A stretch of DNA of 64,000 nucleotides from Heterodontus francisci. Taxonomy: Eukaryota. Location of the stretch: the NCBI RefSeq assembly GCF_036365525.1, contig NC_090399.1:40332430-40396429 (forward strand), read 5' to 3'. The translations under genes were made by a program, and so were the position numbers. How positions within the stretch are numbered: position 1 is the first letter of the stretch; each line of letters starts with the position of its first letter. Below are positions 11,433-23,778 of the stretch, one piece after another. Below the pieces are notes generated by a model that saw nothing but the letters and a program-made list of their open reading frames with translations, did not search any database and had not been told where the DNA came from.

Positions 11433-14400
11433 ATAAGTAATTGCTATTGCTGAGACTTGGTTGAGGGAAGGGCATGATTGGCAACTAAATATCCCAGGAT
11501 ATCGTGCTTCAGGCGGGATAGAGAGGGAGGTAAAAGGGGTGGAGGAGTTGCATTACTGGTCAAAGAGGATATCACAGCTGTGCTGAAGGAGGGCACTATG
11601 GAGGACTCGAGCAGTGAGGCAATTTGGGCAGAACTCAGAAATAGGAAGGGTGCGGTAACAATGTTGGGGCTGTACTACAGGCCTCCCAACAGCGAGAGTG
11701 AGATAGAGGTACAAATATGTAAACAGATTATGGAAAGATGTAGGAGATTTTAATTTTCCCAACATTGACTGGGATTCACTTAGTGTTAGAGGTCTAGATG
11801 GAGCAGAATTTGTAAGGAGCATCCAGGAGGATTTTCTAGAGCAGTATGTAAATAGTCCAACTCGGGAAGGGGCCATACTGGACCTGGTGTTGGGGAATGA
11901 GCCCGGCCAGGTGCTTGACGTTTCAGTAGGGGACTACTTTGGGAATAGTGATCACAATTCCGTAAGTTTTAGAATACTCATGGACAAAGACGAGAGTGGT
12001 CCTAAAGGAAGAGTGCTAAATTGGGGGAAGGCCAACTATACCAAAATTCGGCAGGAGCTGGGGAATGTAGATTGGGAGCAGCTGTTTGAAGGTAAATCCA
12101 CATTTGATATGTGGGAGGCTTTTAAAGAGAGGTTGATTAGCGTGCAGGAGAGACATGTTCCTGTGAAAATGAGGGATAGAAATGGCAAGATTAGGGAACC
12201 ATGGATGACAGGTGAAATTGTGAGACTAGCTAAGAGGAAAAAGGAAGCATATATAAGGTCAAGGAGGCTGAAGAAAGACGAAGCTTTGAAATAATATCGG
12301 GAATGTAGGACCAATCTGAAACGAGGAATTAAGAGGGCGAAAAGGGGTCATGAAATATCTTTAGCAAACAGGGTTAAGGAAAATCCCAAAGCCTTTTATT
12401 CATATAGAAGGAGCAAGAGGGTAACTAGAGAAAGGATTGGCCCACTCAAGGACAAAGGAGGAAAGTTATGCGTGGAGTCAGAAAAAATGGGTGAGATTTT
12501 AAACGAGTACTTTGCATCGGTATTCACCAAGGAGAGGGACATGACGGATGTTGAGGTTAGGGACAGATGTTTGATTACTCTAGGTCAAGTCGGCATAAGG
12601 AGGGAGGAAGTGTTGGGTATTCTAAAAGGCATTAAGGTGGACAAGTCCCCAGGTCCGGATGGGATCTATCCCAGGTTATTGAGGGAAGCGAGAGAGGAAA
12701 TAGCTGGGGCCTTAACAGATATCTTTGCAGCATCCTTAAACACGGGTGAGGTCCCGGAGGACTGGAGAATTGCTAATGTTGTCCCCTTGTTTAAGAAGGG
12801 TAGCAGGGAAAATCCAGGTAATTATAGCATTATTATAGTGACCCTGAACTCAGTGGTCGGGAAGCTGCTGGAGAAGATACTGAGGGATAGGATCTATTCC
12901 CATTTGGAAGAAAATGGGCTTATCAGTGATAGGCAACATGGTTTTGTGCAGGGAAGGTCATGTCTTACCAACTTAATAGAATTCTTTGAGGAAGTGACAA
13001 AGTTGATTGATGAGGGAAGGGCTGTAGATGTCATATATATGGACTTCAGTAAGAATTAGAATTAGAATTAGAATTAGAACATTACAGCGCAGTACAGGCC
13101 CTTCGGCCCTCGATGTTGCGCCGACCTGTGAAACCATCTGACCTACACTATTCCATTTTCATCCATATATCTATCCAATGACCACTTAAATGCCCTGAAA
13201 GTTGGCGAATCTACTACTGCTGCAGGCAGGGCGTTCCACGCCCTTACTACTCTCTGAGTAAAGAAACAACCTCTCACATCTGTCCTACATCTATCACCCC
13301 TCAACTTGAAGCTATGTCCCCTCGTGTTTGCCATCACCATCCGAGGAAAAAGACGCTCACTATCCACCCTATCTAACCCTCTGATTATCTTATATGTCTC
13401 TATTAAGTCACCTCTCCTCCTCCTTCTCTCCAACGAAAACAACCTCAAGTCCCTCAGCCTTTCCTTGTAAGACCTTCCCTCCATACCAGGCAACATCCTA
13501 GTAAATCTCCTCTGCACCCTTTCCATAGCTTCCACATCCTTCCTATAATGCGGTGACCAGAACTGCACGCAATACTCTAGGTGCGGTCTCACCAGAGTTT
13601 TGTACAGCTGCAGCTGTAAGGCGTTTGATAAGGTTCCCCATGGTAGGCTGATGGAGAAAGTGAAGTCGCATGGGGTCCAGGGTGTACTAGCTAGATGGAT
13701 AAAGAACTGGCTGGGCAACAGGAGACAGAGAGTAGCAGTGGAAGGGAGTTTCTCAAAATGGAGATGTGTGACCAGTGGTGTTCCACAGGGATCCGTGCTG
13801 GGACCACTGTTGTTTGTGATATACATAAATGATTTGGAGGAAAGTATAGGTGGTCTGATTAGCAAGTTTGCAGACGACACTAAGATTGGTGGAGTAGCAG
13901 ATAGTGAAGGGGACTGTCAGAGAATACAGCAGAATATAGATAGATTGGAGAGTTGGGCAGAGAAATGGCAGATGGAGTTCAATCAGGGCAAATGCAAGGT
14001 GATGCATTTTGGAAGATCCAATTCAAGAGTGAACTATACAGTAAATGGAAAAGTCCTGGGGAAAATTGATGTACAGAGAGATTTGGGTGTTCAGGTCCAT
14101 TGTTCCCTGAAGGTGGCAACGCAGGTCAATAGAGTGGTCAAGAAGGCATACGGCATGCTTTCCTTCATCGGACGGGGTATTGAGTACAAGGGTTGGCAGG
14201 TCATGTTACAGTTGTATAAGACTTTGGTTCGGCCACATTTGGAATACTGCGTGCAGTTCTGGTCGCCACATTACCAAAAGGATGTAGATGCTTTGGAGAG
14301 GAGGTTCACCAGGATGTTGCCTGGTATGGAGGGCGCTAGCTATGAAAAGAGGTTGAGTAGATTAGGATTATTTTCATTAGAAAGACGGAGGTTGAGGGGG

Positions 14401-14782
14401 GGGACCCGATTGAGGTGTACAAAATCATGAGAGGTATAGACAGGGTGGATAGCAAGAAGCTTTTTCCCAGAGTGGGGGATTCAATTACTAGGGGTCACGA
14501 GTTCAAAGTGAGAGGGGAAATGTTTAGGGGGGATATGTGTGGAAAGTTCTTTACGCAGAGGGTGGTGGGTGCCTGGAACGCGCTGCCAGCGGAGGTGGTA
14601 GACGCGGGCACGATAGCTTCTTTTAAGATGTATCTAGACAGATACATGAATGGGCAGGAAGCAAAGAGATACAGACCCTAAGAAAATAGGCGACATGTTT
14701 AGATAGAGGATCTGGATCGGCGCAGGCTTGGAGGGCTGAAGGGCCTGTTCCTGTGCTGTAATTTTCTTTGTTCTTTGTTGTT
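11433..14782 (+). mobile_element. CR1-type LINE ORF2 (EN+RT), 5'-truncated, with nested insertion
   Basis: Motifs ETWL, YYRPP, SDHN, PGPDGIYPR, DFSK|AFDKVPHG (split by the insert), FADDTK and PHLEYCVQFWSP; (TTCTTTG)n-like tail. Confidence 0.9.
13054..13615 (-). mobile_element. CR1 3' fragment with (AATTAG)n tail, GTAAG TSD
   Basis: Minus-strand LYKTLVRPHLEYCVQFWSP. GTAAG occurs at 13049-13053 and 13616-13620. Confidence 0.9.
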
Positions 14783-14966
14783 CTCAGTCAGTGAATAATG
14801 GTGTGTGAGAGGGATAGTGCTAGACTGGGTGCTGGGGCATTAACCCTCGGTCAGTGAGTAATGGGTTGTGAGAGGGACAGTGCCAGACTGGGTACTGGGG
14901 CATTAACCCTCGGTCAGTGAGTAATGGGGTGTGAGAGGGACAGTGCCAGGCTGGATACTGGGGCAT
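14783..14966 (+). repeat. ~60-bp minisatellite, block 3
   Basis: About 3 further copies of the same unit. Confidence 0.95.
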
Positions 14967-14969
14967 CAA

Positions 14970-17050
14970 TACAAGAGCAAAATACTGTGGTTGCTGGAAA
15001 TCTGAATAAAAATAGAAAATGCTGGAAATACTCAACAATTTCTCCACAGATGATGCCAAAACTGCCAACGTTTAAGATCGATGCCCTTTTGTCAGAACTG
15101 GGAAATGTTAGGAATGCAATCGGGTTTAAGCAGGTGGAACGGGGAAGGTTGGAAATAGAGCAAAAGGAAATGTCTGTAATCGGGTGGACGGGAGAAGGGA
15201 TTAAATGAAAAAAAGGGTTGTTGCTGCAAGGCCAAAGGGAGTGGTAATGGGACAAGTAAAGAGGAGGTGTGATTGGCAAAATCATGAAAACCTGCCCTTC
15301 TAAAGCAAAGAAAAGGAATAAAAACAAAAGTAAAACTGAAACCCGCAAAGAAAAAGGAAGGGATTACAATCTGAAATAGTTGACCTCAATGTTGAGTCTG
15401 GAAGGCTGTAAAATGCCTTATTGAAAGATGAGGTTCTGTTCCTCGAGCTTCATTGAAACAGTGTATGAGGCTGAAGACAGAAATGTCAGAGTGGGAGCAA
15501 GGTGGAGAATTAAAATAACGGAACGGGAAGCTTGGGTCACGCATGCAGACTGAATGGAGGTGTTCTGCAAAGCGGTCACCCAATCTGCTTTCTCCACATT
15601 GCAGAGGAGATCACATTCTGAGCAGTGAATACAGTATACTAGATTGAAAGAGGTATAAGTAAATCGCTAAAATAAAAGATAATGTAGATGCTGGAAATCT
15701 GAAATTAAAACAGTTCTGGAAATGCACAGCAGGTCTGGCAGCATCTGTGAAGAGAGAAACAGAGTTAAAGTTTCAGGTCTGTGACCTTTCATCAGTGGAA
15801 ATTGGAAACAAAGTGTATTGGTGCCATTTCCTGATATCACACTGATCTGGAAAATTGCATCAACTTCCAATTTCCACCCTTCACTCACCTTCACATGTTG
15901 CATCTCCAACTCTTCCCTTCCCTGACCTCTCAGCCTACATCCAGGAATGGAGACAATCAGCCAATATTCACAATAGGCCCACTGATTCCTTCAGCTAACT
16001 CGATTACTCTTCCTCACACTCCGACTCCATTTCAATCTCCCAGTTTCTCCGTCTCCATCATATCTGTTCTGATGATGCAACCTTTCATCCCAATGCTTCC
16101 GATATGTCTTCCTTTTTCCTCAACCAGGGAGTCCCCCCACCGTGTCCGTCCCATTTCCTGCACTTCTGCCCTCACCCCTTCCCCTCCCTCCCAGAACCAT
16201 GATGAAGTTCCCCTTGTCCCCACCTTTCACCCCACCAGCCTCCGTATTCAACAGATCATCCTTGGCCATTTGAACCACCTCCAGCATGATACGACCACCA
16301 AATGCATCCCCCCCCTCCGGTTTCAACATTCCAAAGGGACAGTTCCCTCCACGACACCCTGGTCCACTCCTCAATCACCCCCAACCGCCTCTCCCCTTTC
16401 CTGGGCCCCTTTCCGTTGCAAGCACAGGAGATGTAACACCTGTCCATTTAGTTCCTCTCTTCTCACTTTCCAAGGCCACAGAGTCCTTCCAGGTAAAAGA
16501 GCAATTTTTGTGTACTTTCAATATAGTCTCCTGTATTCACTGCTCACGATGTGGTCTGCTCTACATTTGGGAGATGAAATGCAGATTGGGTGATTGCTTT
16601 GCAGAACACCTCTGTTCAATCTGCAAGCAGGATCCCGAGCTTCCAGTAGCCTTCCATTGTAATTTTCCGCTTTGCTCCCACTCTGATCTCTCTGTCTTCG
16701 GCTTCCTGTTCCAATGAAGCTCAATTGAATCTCGAGGAACTGAACCTCATCTTTCATTGAGGCACTTGACAGCCTTCTGGACTCAACATTGAGTTCAACA
16801 ATTTCAGATTGTCATCTCTGGCCCCTTTTTTGTTTCCTTTTTTTTGTTGCAGATTTTGATTTTAACTCGTTTTTCTATTGTTTTTGCTTTCGGAAGCAGC
16901 TGTTCATGATTCCGTCATTTACACCTCCAGACTCAACTTTTGTTTCTTTACTTGTCCCATTGCCACTCCCTTTGGCTTTCCACCATCAACCCTTTTGTCA
17001 TTTAATCTCCCCTACCCTTCACCTTCCCTGTTATTCTTTTTACCGGAGCA
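14970..17050. mobile_element. Penelope-like element remnants in both orientations (GIY-YIG tail, pLTR-like repeats)
   Basis: Plus strand CIHCSRCGLLYIWEMKCRLGDCFAEHL (16286-16717); minus strand GDRFAEHLHSV (15386-15583); hammerhead-core relics at ~15770-15795 and ~15068-15100. Confidence 0.8.
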
Positions 17051-17199
17051 TTTCCCCTTGCTCAGTGGGTAATGGAGTCTGAGGGAGACGGGAGCAGGCT
17101 CGGTACTGGGGCTGGAGAAGGAGAGACCATGGTGGGAGCAGGGTGTGGACAGCGGACTGAGGGACAGGGATATGGGGCAGGAGAGATGGAGAGAGAGGA

Positions 17200-18095
17200 A
17201 CATAAGAACAGGAGTAGAGTATTCAGCCCCTTGAGCCTGTTCCATTATTCAATTAGATCATGGTTGATCTATGTCTCAACTCTATTTTCCTACGTTTGCT
17301 CCCTCTCCGTCGAGACACTGACCCAACAAAAGTCTATCTCAGCTCTGAAAGCATCAATTGATCCCGTGTATCCACAGCCTTTTGGGGGAAGAGAGTTCCA
17401 GGTTTCCACTGCTCTTTGTGTGAAGAAGTGCTTCCTGATTTCACTCCGGAACAGTCTGGCTCGAATTTTAAGATTATGTCTCCTCGTTCTTGATTCCTTC
17501 ACTAAGGGAAATCGTTTCTTCATATTGATTCTATCAAATCCTTGTAACATTTTAAACACCTCGATCACATCACCTTCAATCTTCCATAATGGAGAGAATA
17601 CAAGCTGAGTCTAAACAACATGGCCTCATAATTTAACCCTCTAACTCCCAGGATCATTCTGGTGAATCTGTGTTGCTCTCTCCCCAAGACCAATCTATCC
17701 TTCCTGAGGTCCGGGGCCCAGAACTGAACACAGTTACTCCAAATGGAGTCTGACCAGAGCTTTATATAAACTGGAACATAACTTCCACCCCTTTGTATTG
17801 CAGTCCCCCCAAGATAAAGGCCAGCTTTCCAAATCCTTATTGTCCCTGTCCACAGGTCTGTAATGATTTCTCCATTTGCTCTCCCCAGGTTCAAGTTTCC
17901 CACCGGATGGAAAATATACCCATTTATCTTTCTTAGACCCAAAGTGGATGATCTCATATTCCCCACAGTGAACTCCATCTTCCATAGTTTTGCCCATTCA
18001 TTTAATCTGTCAGTGTCTCTTTGTAACTTCCTGCCTCCTGTCCACACAATTTACTGAGCCACCCGACTTAGTGTCGACAGCAAACTTCGATATAA
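17200..18095 (-). mobile_element. Degenerate CR1 3' region
   Basis: Minus-strand CVQFWAP, RFTRMI and FFTQRAVETWNSLP. Confidence 0.85.
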
Positions 18096-18312
18096 AATTC
18101 TCTGGGGTTATATTCAAGAGCTCCCCCACCTCACATGGTGTTAACAGTCCGCACTCCAATGCTGAGCTCCAAGAAGCTGCAGATTTTGGGTCTCAGAGCT
18201 CATCATATTGTAGATGATGCTGCAGGAGGAGGCCACACAGATTATAACAATAATTTATATTTATATATCACCTTTAATGTATTGAAAGGTTAGTGCACCA
18301 AGTTCCAGGTAA

Positions 18313-18613
18313 TTTTATTTATTTAGAGATACAGCACTGAAACAGGCCCTTCGGCCCACCGAGTCTGTGCCGACCAATTTACACTAACCCTACAGTAATC
18401 CCATATTCCCTATCAGCTCCCTACACTAGGGGCAATTTACAACGGCCAATTTACCTATCACCTGAAAGTCTTTGGATGTGGGATGAAACCGGAGCACCCA
18501 GTGAAATCCCACACAGACACAGGGAGAACTTGCAAACTCCGCACAGGCAGTACCCAGAATCGAATCCGGATCCCTGGAGCTGTGAGGCTGCGGTGCTAAC
18601 CACTGCGCCGCCC
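18313..18613 (-). mobile_element. HE1-like tRNA-derived V-SINE
   Basis: Reverse complement of a GGGCGGCGCAGTGGTTAGCACCGCAGCCTCACAGCTCCAGGGA head, V-domain GGGTGCTCCGGTTTC and a CR1-derived tail GGGCCGAAGGGCCTGTTTCAGTGCTGTATCTCTAAA. Confidence 0.9.
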
Positions 18614-18617
18614 ATCA

Positions 18618-19157
18618 CTACTCAACTCTTCTGAATAATCTGTTACTCATAATCAAATCTTACACAATCATCAAAGAGAGTTCAGAGCATAAACTCCAAA
18701 ACACCAACCCCATACAGAGAGACACATCAGGACATGACCCCCAAATTGGGTTAGATTGTGGGGGGACTGGAGGAGGAACAGGTGAGACATGAGTTCACAG
18801 AGTCTCTGATGGGGAGGCCAGTGAGATTTTGGGGAGGGAGATCACAGGCTTAGAGAGCACGGTCGGAGGTTGGGGAGGGAGATTGTGGGGTATGGACACC
18901 TCTTTCTCTCTTTGTGGGTTTGGAGGTGTGGCATTGATGTTTTAGGGTTCATGCCCTGATGTTTCTTTTTCTGTGGGGCTGGTGTTTTGGGGTTCATGCC
19001 CGGATACCTGTCTCTCTGTGAGGTTGGTATTTGGGGGTCATGTTCTGATGTGTCTCTCTGTGTGGGGTTGGTGTTTTGGAGTTCATGCTCTGAACTCTCT
19101 TTGATGATTGTGTAAGATTTGATTACGAGTAACAGATTATTCAGAAGAGTTGAGCAG
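18618..19157. repeat. 129-bp inverted repeat (arms 18618-18746 and 19029-19157)
   Basis: The arms are near-perfect reverse complements separated by a ~280-nt spacer. Confidence 0.9.
18935..19100 (+). repeat. ~43-bp tandem repeat homologous to the alpha1 acceptor region
   Basis: About 4 copies of TTGGTGTTTTGGGGTTCATG(T/C)CCTGATGT(G/T)TCTCTCTGTGTGGGG. The same unit appears at 22962-23000 directly before the alpha1 AG. Confidence 0.75.
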
Positions 19158-19715
19158 TCACAAGTGGTTCAGTTTAAAGGTTTAAATGCAGTTTATTGAG
19201 AAGTTACAGTTCAAATACAACACATCATCCGAATCGCTATAGTAGACACATGACCCCTGACAGCTGAGAAGGCATACAGTTCGTGGATTGGACAGACAGA
19301 ATGGCTTGGCCACTGCCCCCTACTGTAACGATCTCTTAAACCACTTTCACCCCTTCAGGCTGATCAGGGTGTTAACTGGAAGCGAGCAACCCTAAAGCGC
19401 CTCCTCCCTTCAACCTGTCCTTTTTTTCCTTTTGAACAGCTTGTTTATATACTCTATTTTTAGGGCTGGTGGTTGTCCCATTCCAATCACTCGTTTGGTT
19501 ACATCTTCCCATTCCAATTATCCAGTTGTTCAGAGACAGGTACGTAATGAAAACCCCACCTTTTTCAGTGCCCAGCCCATGAAGTCATCTCATTAGTTTC
19601 ACCAGATAGTCATTTAGATATATGGGTATGAGGCCCCATCTGATTGGGCCAGGTATATTCCACACAAAGGCATGTGCCTGGCAGAGCTATGTCTCTAGCT
19701 AGGTAATTTAGACAA
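19111..19715 (-). mobile_element. Possible LTR (solo or partial), minus orientation
   Basis: Begins TGTAAG and contains TTTATT (~19192) and TTATAT (~19445), consistent with minus-strand polyA and TATA signals. The far boundary and a TSD were not resolved. Confidence 0.35.
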
Positions 19716-20541
19716 CGATCAACTGGCAAATACAATCCATCTTGGCTGTTGATTAAAGGCTGACAAGTCCCCTGGACCTGATGGCCTGCATCTTAGTATC
19801 TCTAAGTAAGTGGCTGCAGAGATAATGGATGCATTGGTTGTAACTTTCCAAAATTCCCTAGATTTTGGAGAAGTCCCAGCGAATTGGAAAACTACAAATG
19901 TAACACCCCTATACAAGAAAGTTTTGGTGGGGGTGGTGTCAGAAAGTGGGAAACTGTAGGCCGGTTAGCCCAACATCTGTTATTGGGAAAATACTAGAAT
20001 CCGGCATTAAGGAAGTAGTTGTAGGACATTTAGAAAATCATAATACAAATCAGGCAGAGTCAACATGGTTTTATGAACCTGAAATTGTGTTTGACATATT
20101 CATTGGAGTTGTTTAAGGATGTACCAGGCAGGGTAGATAAAGGGGAATCAGTAGATCTAGTGTATTTGGATTTCCAAAAGTCATTCCATAAGGTGCCACA
20201 TAAAAGGTTACTAAACAGATAACAGCTGATGGTGTTGAGGGTAATATATTAGCATAGATAGAGGATTTCTAACTAATAAGAAATTGATAGTCGGGATAAA
20301 TGGGGCATTTTCAGACTGCCAAACTGTTACTAGTGGATTGCCACAGGGATCTGTGCTGGGGCCTCAAGTATTTACGATCTATATTAATGACGGATGAAGG
20401 GAGTGAGTGTATTGTAGCCAAATTTACAGACAATTCAAAGATAGCTAGGAAAGTGAGTTGTGAGGAAGACAAAGTGTCTGCAAAGGGATATGGATCAGTT
20501 AAGTAAGTGGACAAAAATTTGGCAGATGGAGTATAATGTGG

Positions 20542-21441
20542 TGTCAGGCAAACCCTACCTGCCAAGAAAGGAGGAAAAATCATTTCATCGCATGAACATT
20601 GATTTTAAACTGCTGATGGTGAAGATAGAACTTACTTTAAAAAACTATTGAAATCTTTGGCTGGAGACATTAACATATCCACAGACAGTACTTCAAAGAA
20701 CAAAGGAGCTGTTCCCTGCTCCAATTTAATCCACTTTTGATTACCAGACATTGAAGCATTCCATAACTACTAAGATGGCCGAATACACAAACAGATGTGG
20801 TCAGAACAGTTTGGTCACATGACTGACTGACTGTTGGAGATTTTTGAATTAGAGTTTCCAACAGAATGTTTGAAAATCAGAAGGCTGTTAGCTCCTGGAC
20901 TGAGAACACCTCTCCTGCCTGCTCTAATCTTGCTCTCACCAGCTTCGGAAGCACTGAAGACATCTGAATCCCAAGATAGAAAAGTCTGTTACAGTGAACA
21001 AGATTTAAGCTCTTACAATGAAAAGTAAGAGCTGTCTACAATCAAGGACTCTACAGCAAGCTGCAGCCACAGAAACAGTAACAAAAAAATACCCTTTAGA
21101 GACTGCCTCAAACCTCTCCATTTTATTTTTCTTCTACTCTTTTCTGTCCCTATTTGCATGTGTGTATCGTGTGTGCATGCTGGCGTGGACACATCGTGTA
21201 TCCATCGGCATTAACCATATTAGAGTTTCAGTTTCAGGTTTAATAAATTACACTTTTCTTCTTTACACCTAAGGAAGCCTGTTTATGCTAATTTCTTTGC
21301 CATATAATTGGAAAACTGTGAACAAGGATTCACAAAGGGAGAAGCTCAAAACACAGTGCGTCTAAAATTAAAGTCTGTTATAATAAGACCAGGTAAAGAC
21401 CGTAAAAAACCCCTAGACACCTTTCTCACCTGGTTGTAACA
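20542..21441 (+). mobile_element. Solo LTR (900 bp), GTGG TSD
   Basis: TGTCAGG...TGTAACA termini. GTGG occurs at 20538-20541 and 21442-21445. The CR1 frame resumes across it. Confidence 0.85.
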
Positions 21442-21504
21442 GTGGGAAAATGTGAGATTAGCCACTTTGGCAGGAAGAATAGAAAAGCAGATTATTTATT
21501 CGGA

Positions 21505-21865
21505 GCAGTGTGCACCATCTAAAAGATGCATTGCAGCAAATCACCAAGGCTCTTTCAACAGCACCTTCCAAACCCGTGACCTCTACCACCTAGAAGGACA
21601 AGGGCAACAGATGCATGGGAACACCACCAGCTGCATTTCCCCTCCAAGCCACACAGCATCCTGACTTGGAAATATATTGTCAATCCTTCTCTGTCGCTGG
21701 GTCAGAATCTTGGAACGTCCTTCCTAACAGCACTATTGGCATACCTACACTCCAAGGACTGCAGCGATTCAAGAAGGCAGCTCACCACCGCCTTCTCAAG
21801 GGCAATTAGGGATACGCAATAAATGCTGGTCTAGCCAGCAATACCCACATCCTGTGAATGAAAAA
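21505..21865 (+). mobile_element. 3' fragment of the CR1-group LINE family seen at 5701-8910
   Basis: Homologous to 8545-8905. Confidence 0.85.
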
Positions 21866-22680
21866 ACAGAGAATGCAGAAAGCTGCGGTACAGAGGGAGC
21901 TGGGTGTTCTTGTACATGAATCCCAAAAAGTTAGCATGTAAGTAGTAAGTAAGTAATTAGGAAGGCAACTGGAATTTTGCTATTTATTGAAAGGAGGATG
22001 GAATATATAGGGCAATCTTGCTACAATTGTACAGGCCATTGCTGAGACTGCACCTAGATTACTCAGTATAATTTTGCCCTCCTTGCTGAGGGAGTGATAT
22101 ACCTCCATCCTTCAGAGAAGGTTCACTAGGTTGATTCCTGGGATGAGGGGTTTGTCTTCCGAGCAAAGGTTGAGCAGGTTGTGCCTATACTTATTGCAGT
22201 TAGATGATTTAGGTGATCTTATTGAAACATATGTTTCTGAGGGACTTGACAGGGCTGATGCTCAAAGGATGTTTCTCCTCATGGGGGAATCTAGAACTAG
22301 AGGACACGTATTCAAAATAAAGGGTCTCCCTTTTAGGATGGAGATGAGGTGGAATTTCTTCTCTCGGAGGATTGTTAATCTTTGGAATTCTCTTCCCCAG
22401 ACAGCAGTGGAGGCTGAGTGAAATAGATTTTTGATCCTCCAGGGAGTCAAAAGGTTACTGGGGTGGTGGTGGCAAGAAAGTGGAGTTAAAGCCACAGTCG
22501 GATCAGCCATGATCTTAATAAATGGTGGAGCAGGCTCGAGGGGCCGAATGGCCTACTCCTGCTCCTATTTCTTATGTTCTTACCTTGAGCATATAGTTGG
22601 AGAATTGCTTGAAGTGAGAGAGAAAGAAAGAACCTTTGCTAAGAAGACAAAGTCCCAGCATTTCTCCTACAACTAAATTG

Positions 22681-22917
22681 ACAGGGCTAAATTGTGGCGA
22701 GTCGAAGAGACTTAGTAGTTGGCAGGAAAAAAGACAGAGGCGCAAGGGGAGAGCCAACTGTGCAACAGCCCCAACAAACAAATTTCTCTGCAGCACCTGT
22801 GGAAGAGCCTGTCACTCCAGAATTGGCCTTTATAGCCACTCCAGGCGCTGCTTCACAAACCACTGACCACCTCCAGGCGCGTATCCATTGTCTCTCGAGA
22901 TAAGGAGGCCCAAAAGA
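22681..22917 (+). mobile_element. RTE 3' fragment ~90 nt upstream of the alpha1 exon
   Basis: Near-identical to 33490-33725 ([21 protein letters not shown] zinc finger). Confidence 0.9.
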
Positions 22918-23007
22918 TTTCTAGTAATTTAATAATATCCTTAAAACTACAATTTCTTATATTGGTGTTTTGGGGTTTGTGTCCTGATGTTTCTCTTTGT
23001 TTTTCAG

Positions 23008-23250
23008 GCTCTCACTCTCTCCGGTATTTCGCTACCCGCATGACTCCGATTCCCGGTTTCCCGGAGTTTGTGGGTGTTGGTTCTGTTGACGATGTCCAGT
23101 TTGTTATGTACGACAGCGATCGGAAGCAGTTGATTCCCCGGGAGCAGTGGATGTTGGAAAGCGAGGGGCCTGAGTCCTGGATGCAGAGGCAGGAGCTGCA
23201 TTCTAAAATCTACCTTCCAATACTCACATCCCAGTCCAACCAGTCGGAAG
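23008..23250 (+). CDS. MHC class I exon 2 (alpha1 domain)
   Basis: ttttcag|GC TCT CAC...GAA G|gtgagt; 243 nt; (G)[57 protein letters not shown]...NQSE; NQS glycosylation sequon retained. Confidence 0.95.
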
Positions 23251-23577
23251 GTGAGTCTTCACCCTTCCGCCTCACTCTGCCTCTTTCTGTGGGATGAGGG
23301 ATCCGGGCGGGGATGGGGAAAAGTCGGGAATAGTGCGGGAGCCAGGATAACAAGAAACGTGGCTCCGTCTCCCAGAGCAGAGCAGAGCCGGCAGTCAAAG
23401 CGAGCGGGGATGGGGCAATGGCTCCGTCTCCCAGAGCAGAGCAGAGCAGAGCCGGCAGTCAAAGCGAGCGGCCTCACATCACTTCATGAACATTTATCCA
23501 AAGACTGGCAAACGCGATGTCCTTAAAATACAAAGGGGCCCTTTAAATAGCCGCAGCTCCCCAGGAGATGTGGGACA

Positions 23578-23762
23578 GGCAGTGTGGGCGTGGTCTCCCA
23601 GTGAGGCCAGTTTTCATTGGCTGAGGTAGTGGGCGGGGTCTCCCACTGAGACGAGTTTGATTGGCTGTGAGGTAGTGGGCGGGGTCTCCCGGTGGGACCG
23701 CTTTTGATTGGTTGTTAGGTAGTGGGCGTGGCCTCCCAGGCGGATCTGCTTTATTGGCTGTG
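23578..23762 (+). repeat. ~46-bp tandem repeat in intron 2, each unit with a GC box and ATTGG
   Basis: Four units of AGGTAGTGGGCG(G/T)GG(T/C)CTCCC...ATTGG(C/T)TG, ending next to the alpha2 acceptor. Confidence 0.85.
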
Positions 23763-23778
23763 TGCGCCTGATTGACAG

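Larger units (their letters stand above)
19725..22578 (+). mobile_element. Old degenerate CR1 RT/3' region interrupted by a solo LTR and a LINE fragment
   Basis: Decayed PGPDG, YLDFQK, KFTD, WQMEYNV|GKCE and WNSLPQ motifs. Confidence 0.8.

Noticed and set aside
22962-23007. ORF-track N-terminus [15 protein letters not shown] as a signal peptide for alpha1
   Set aside because: Starts at TTG within the intronic 43-bp repeat/polypyrimidine tract; a genuine leader exon exists at 871-918.
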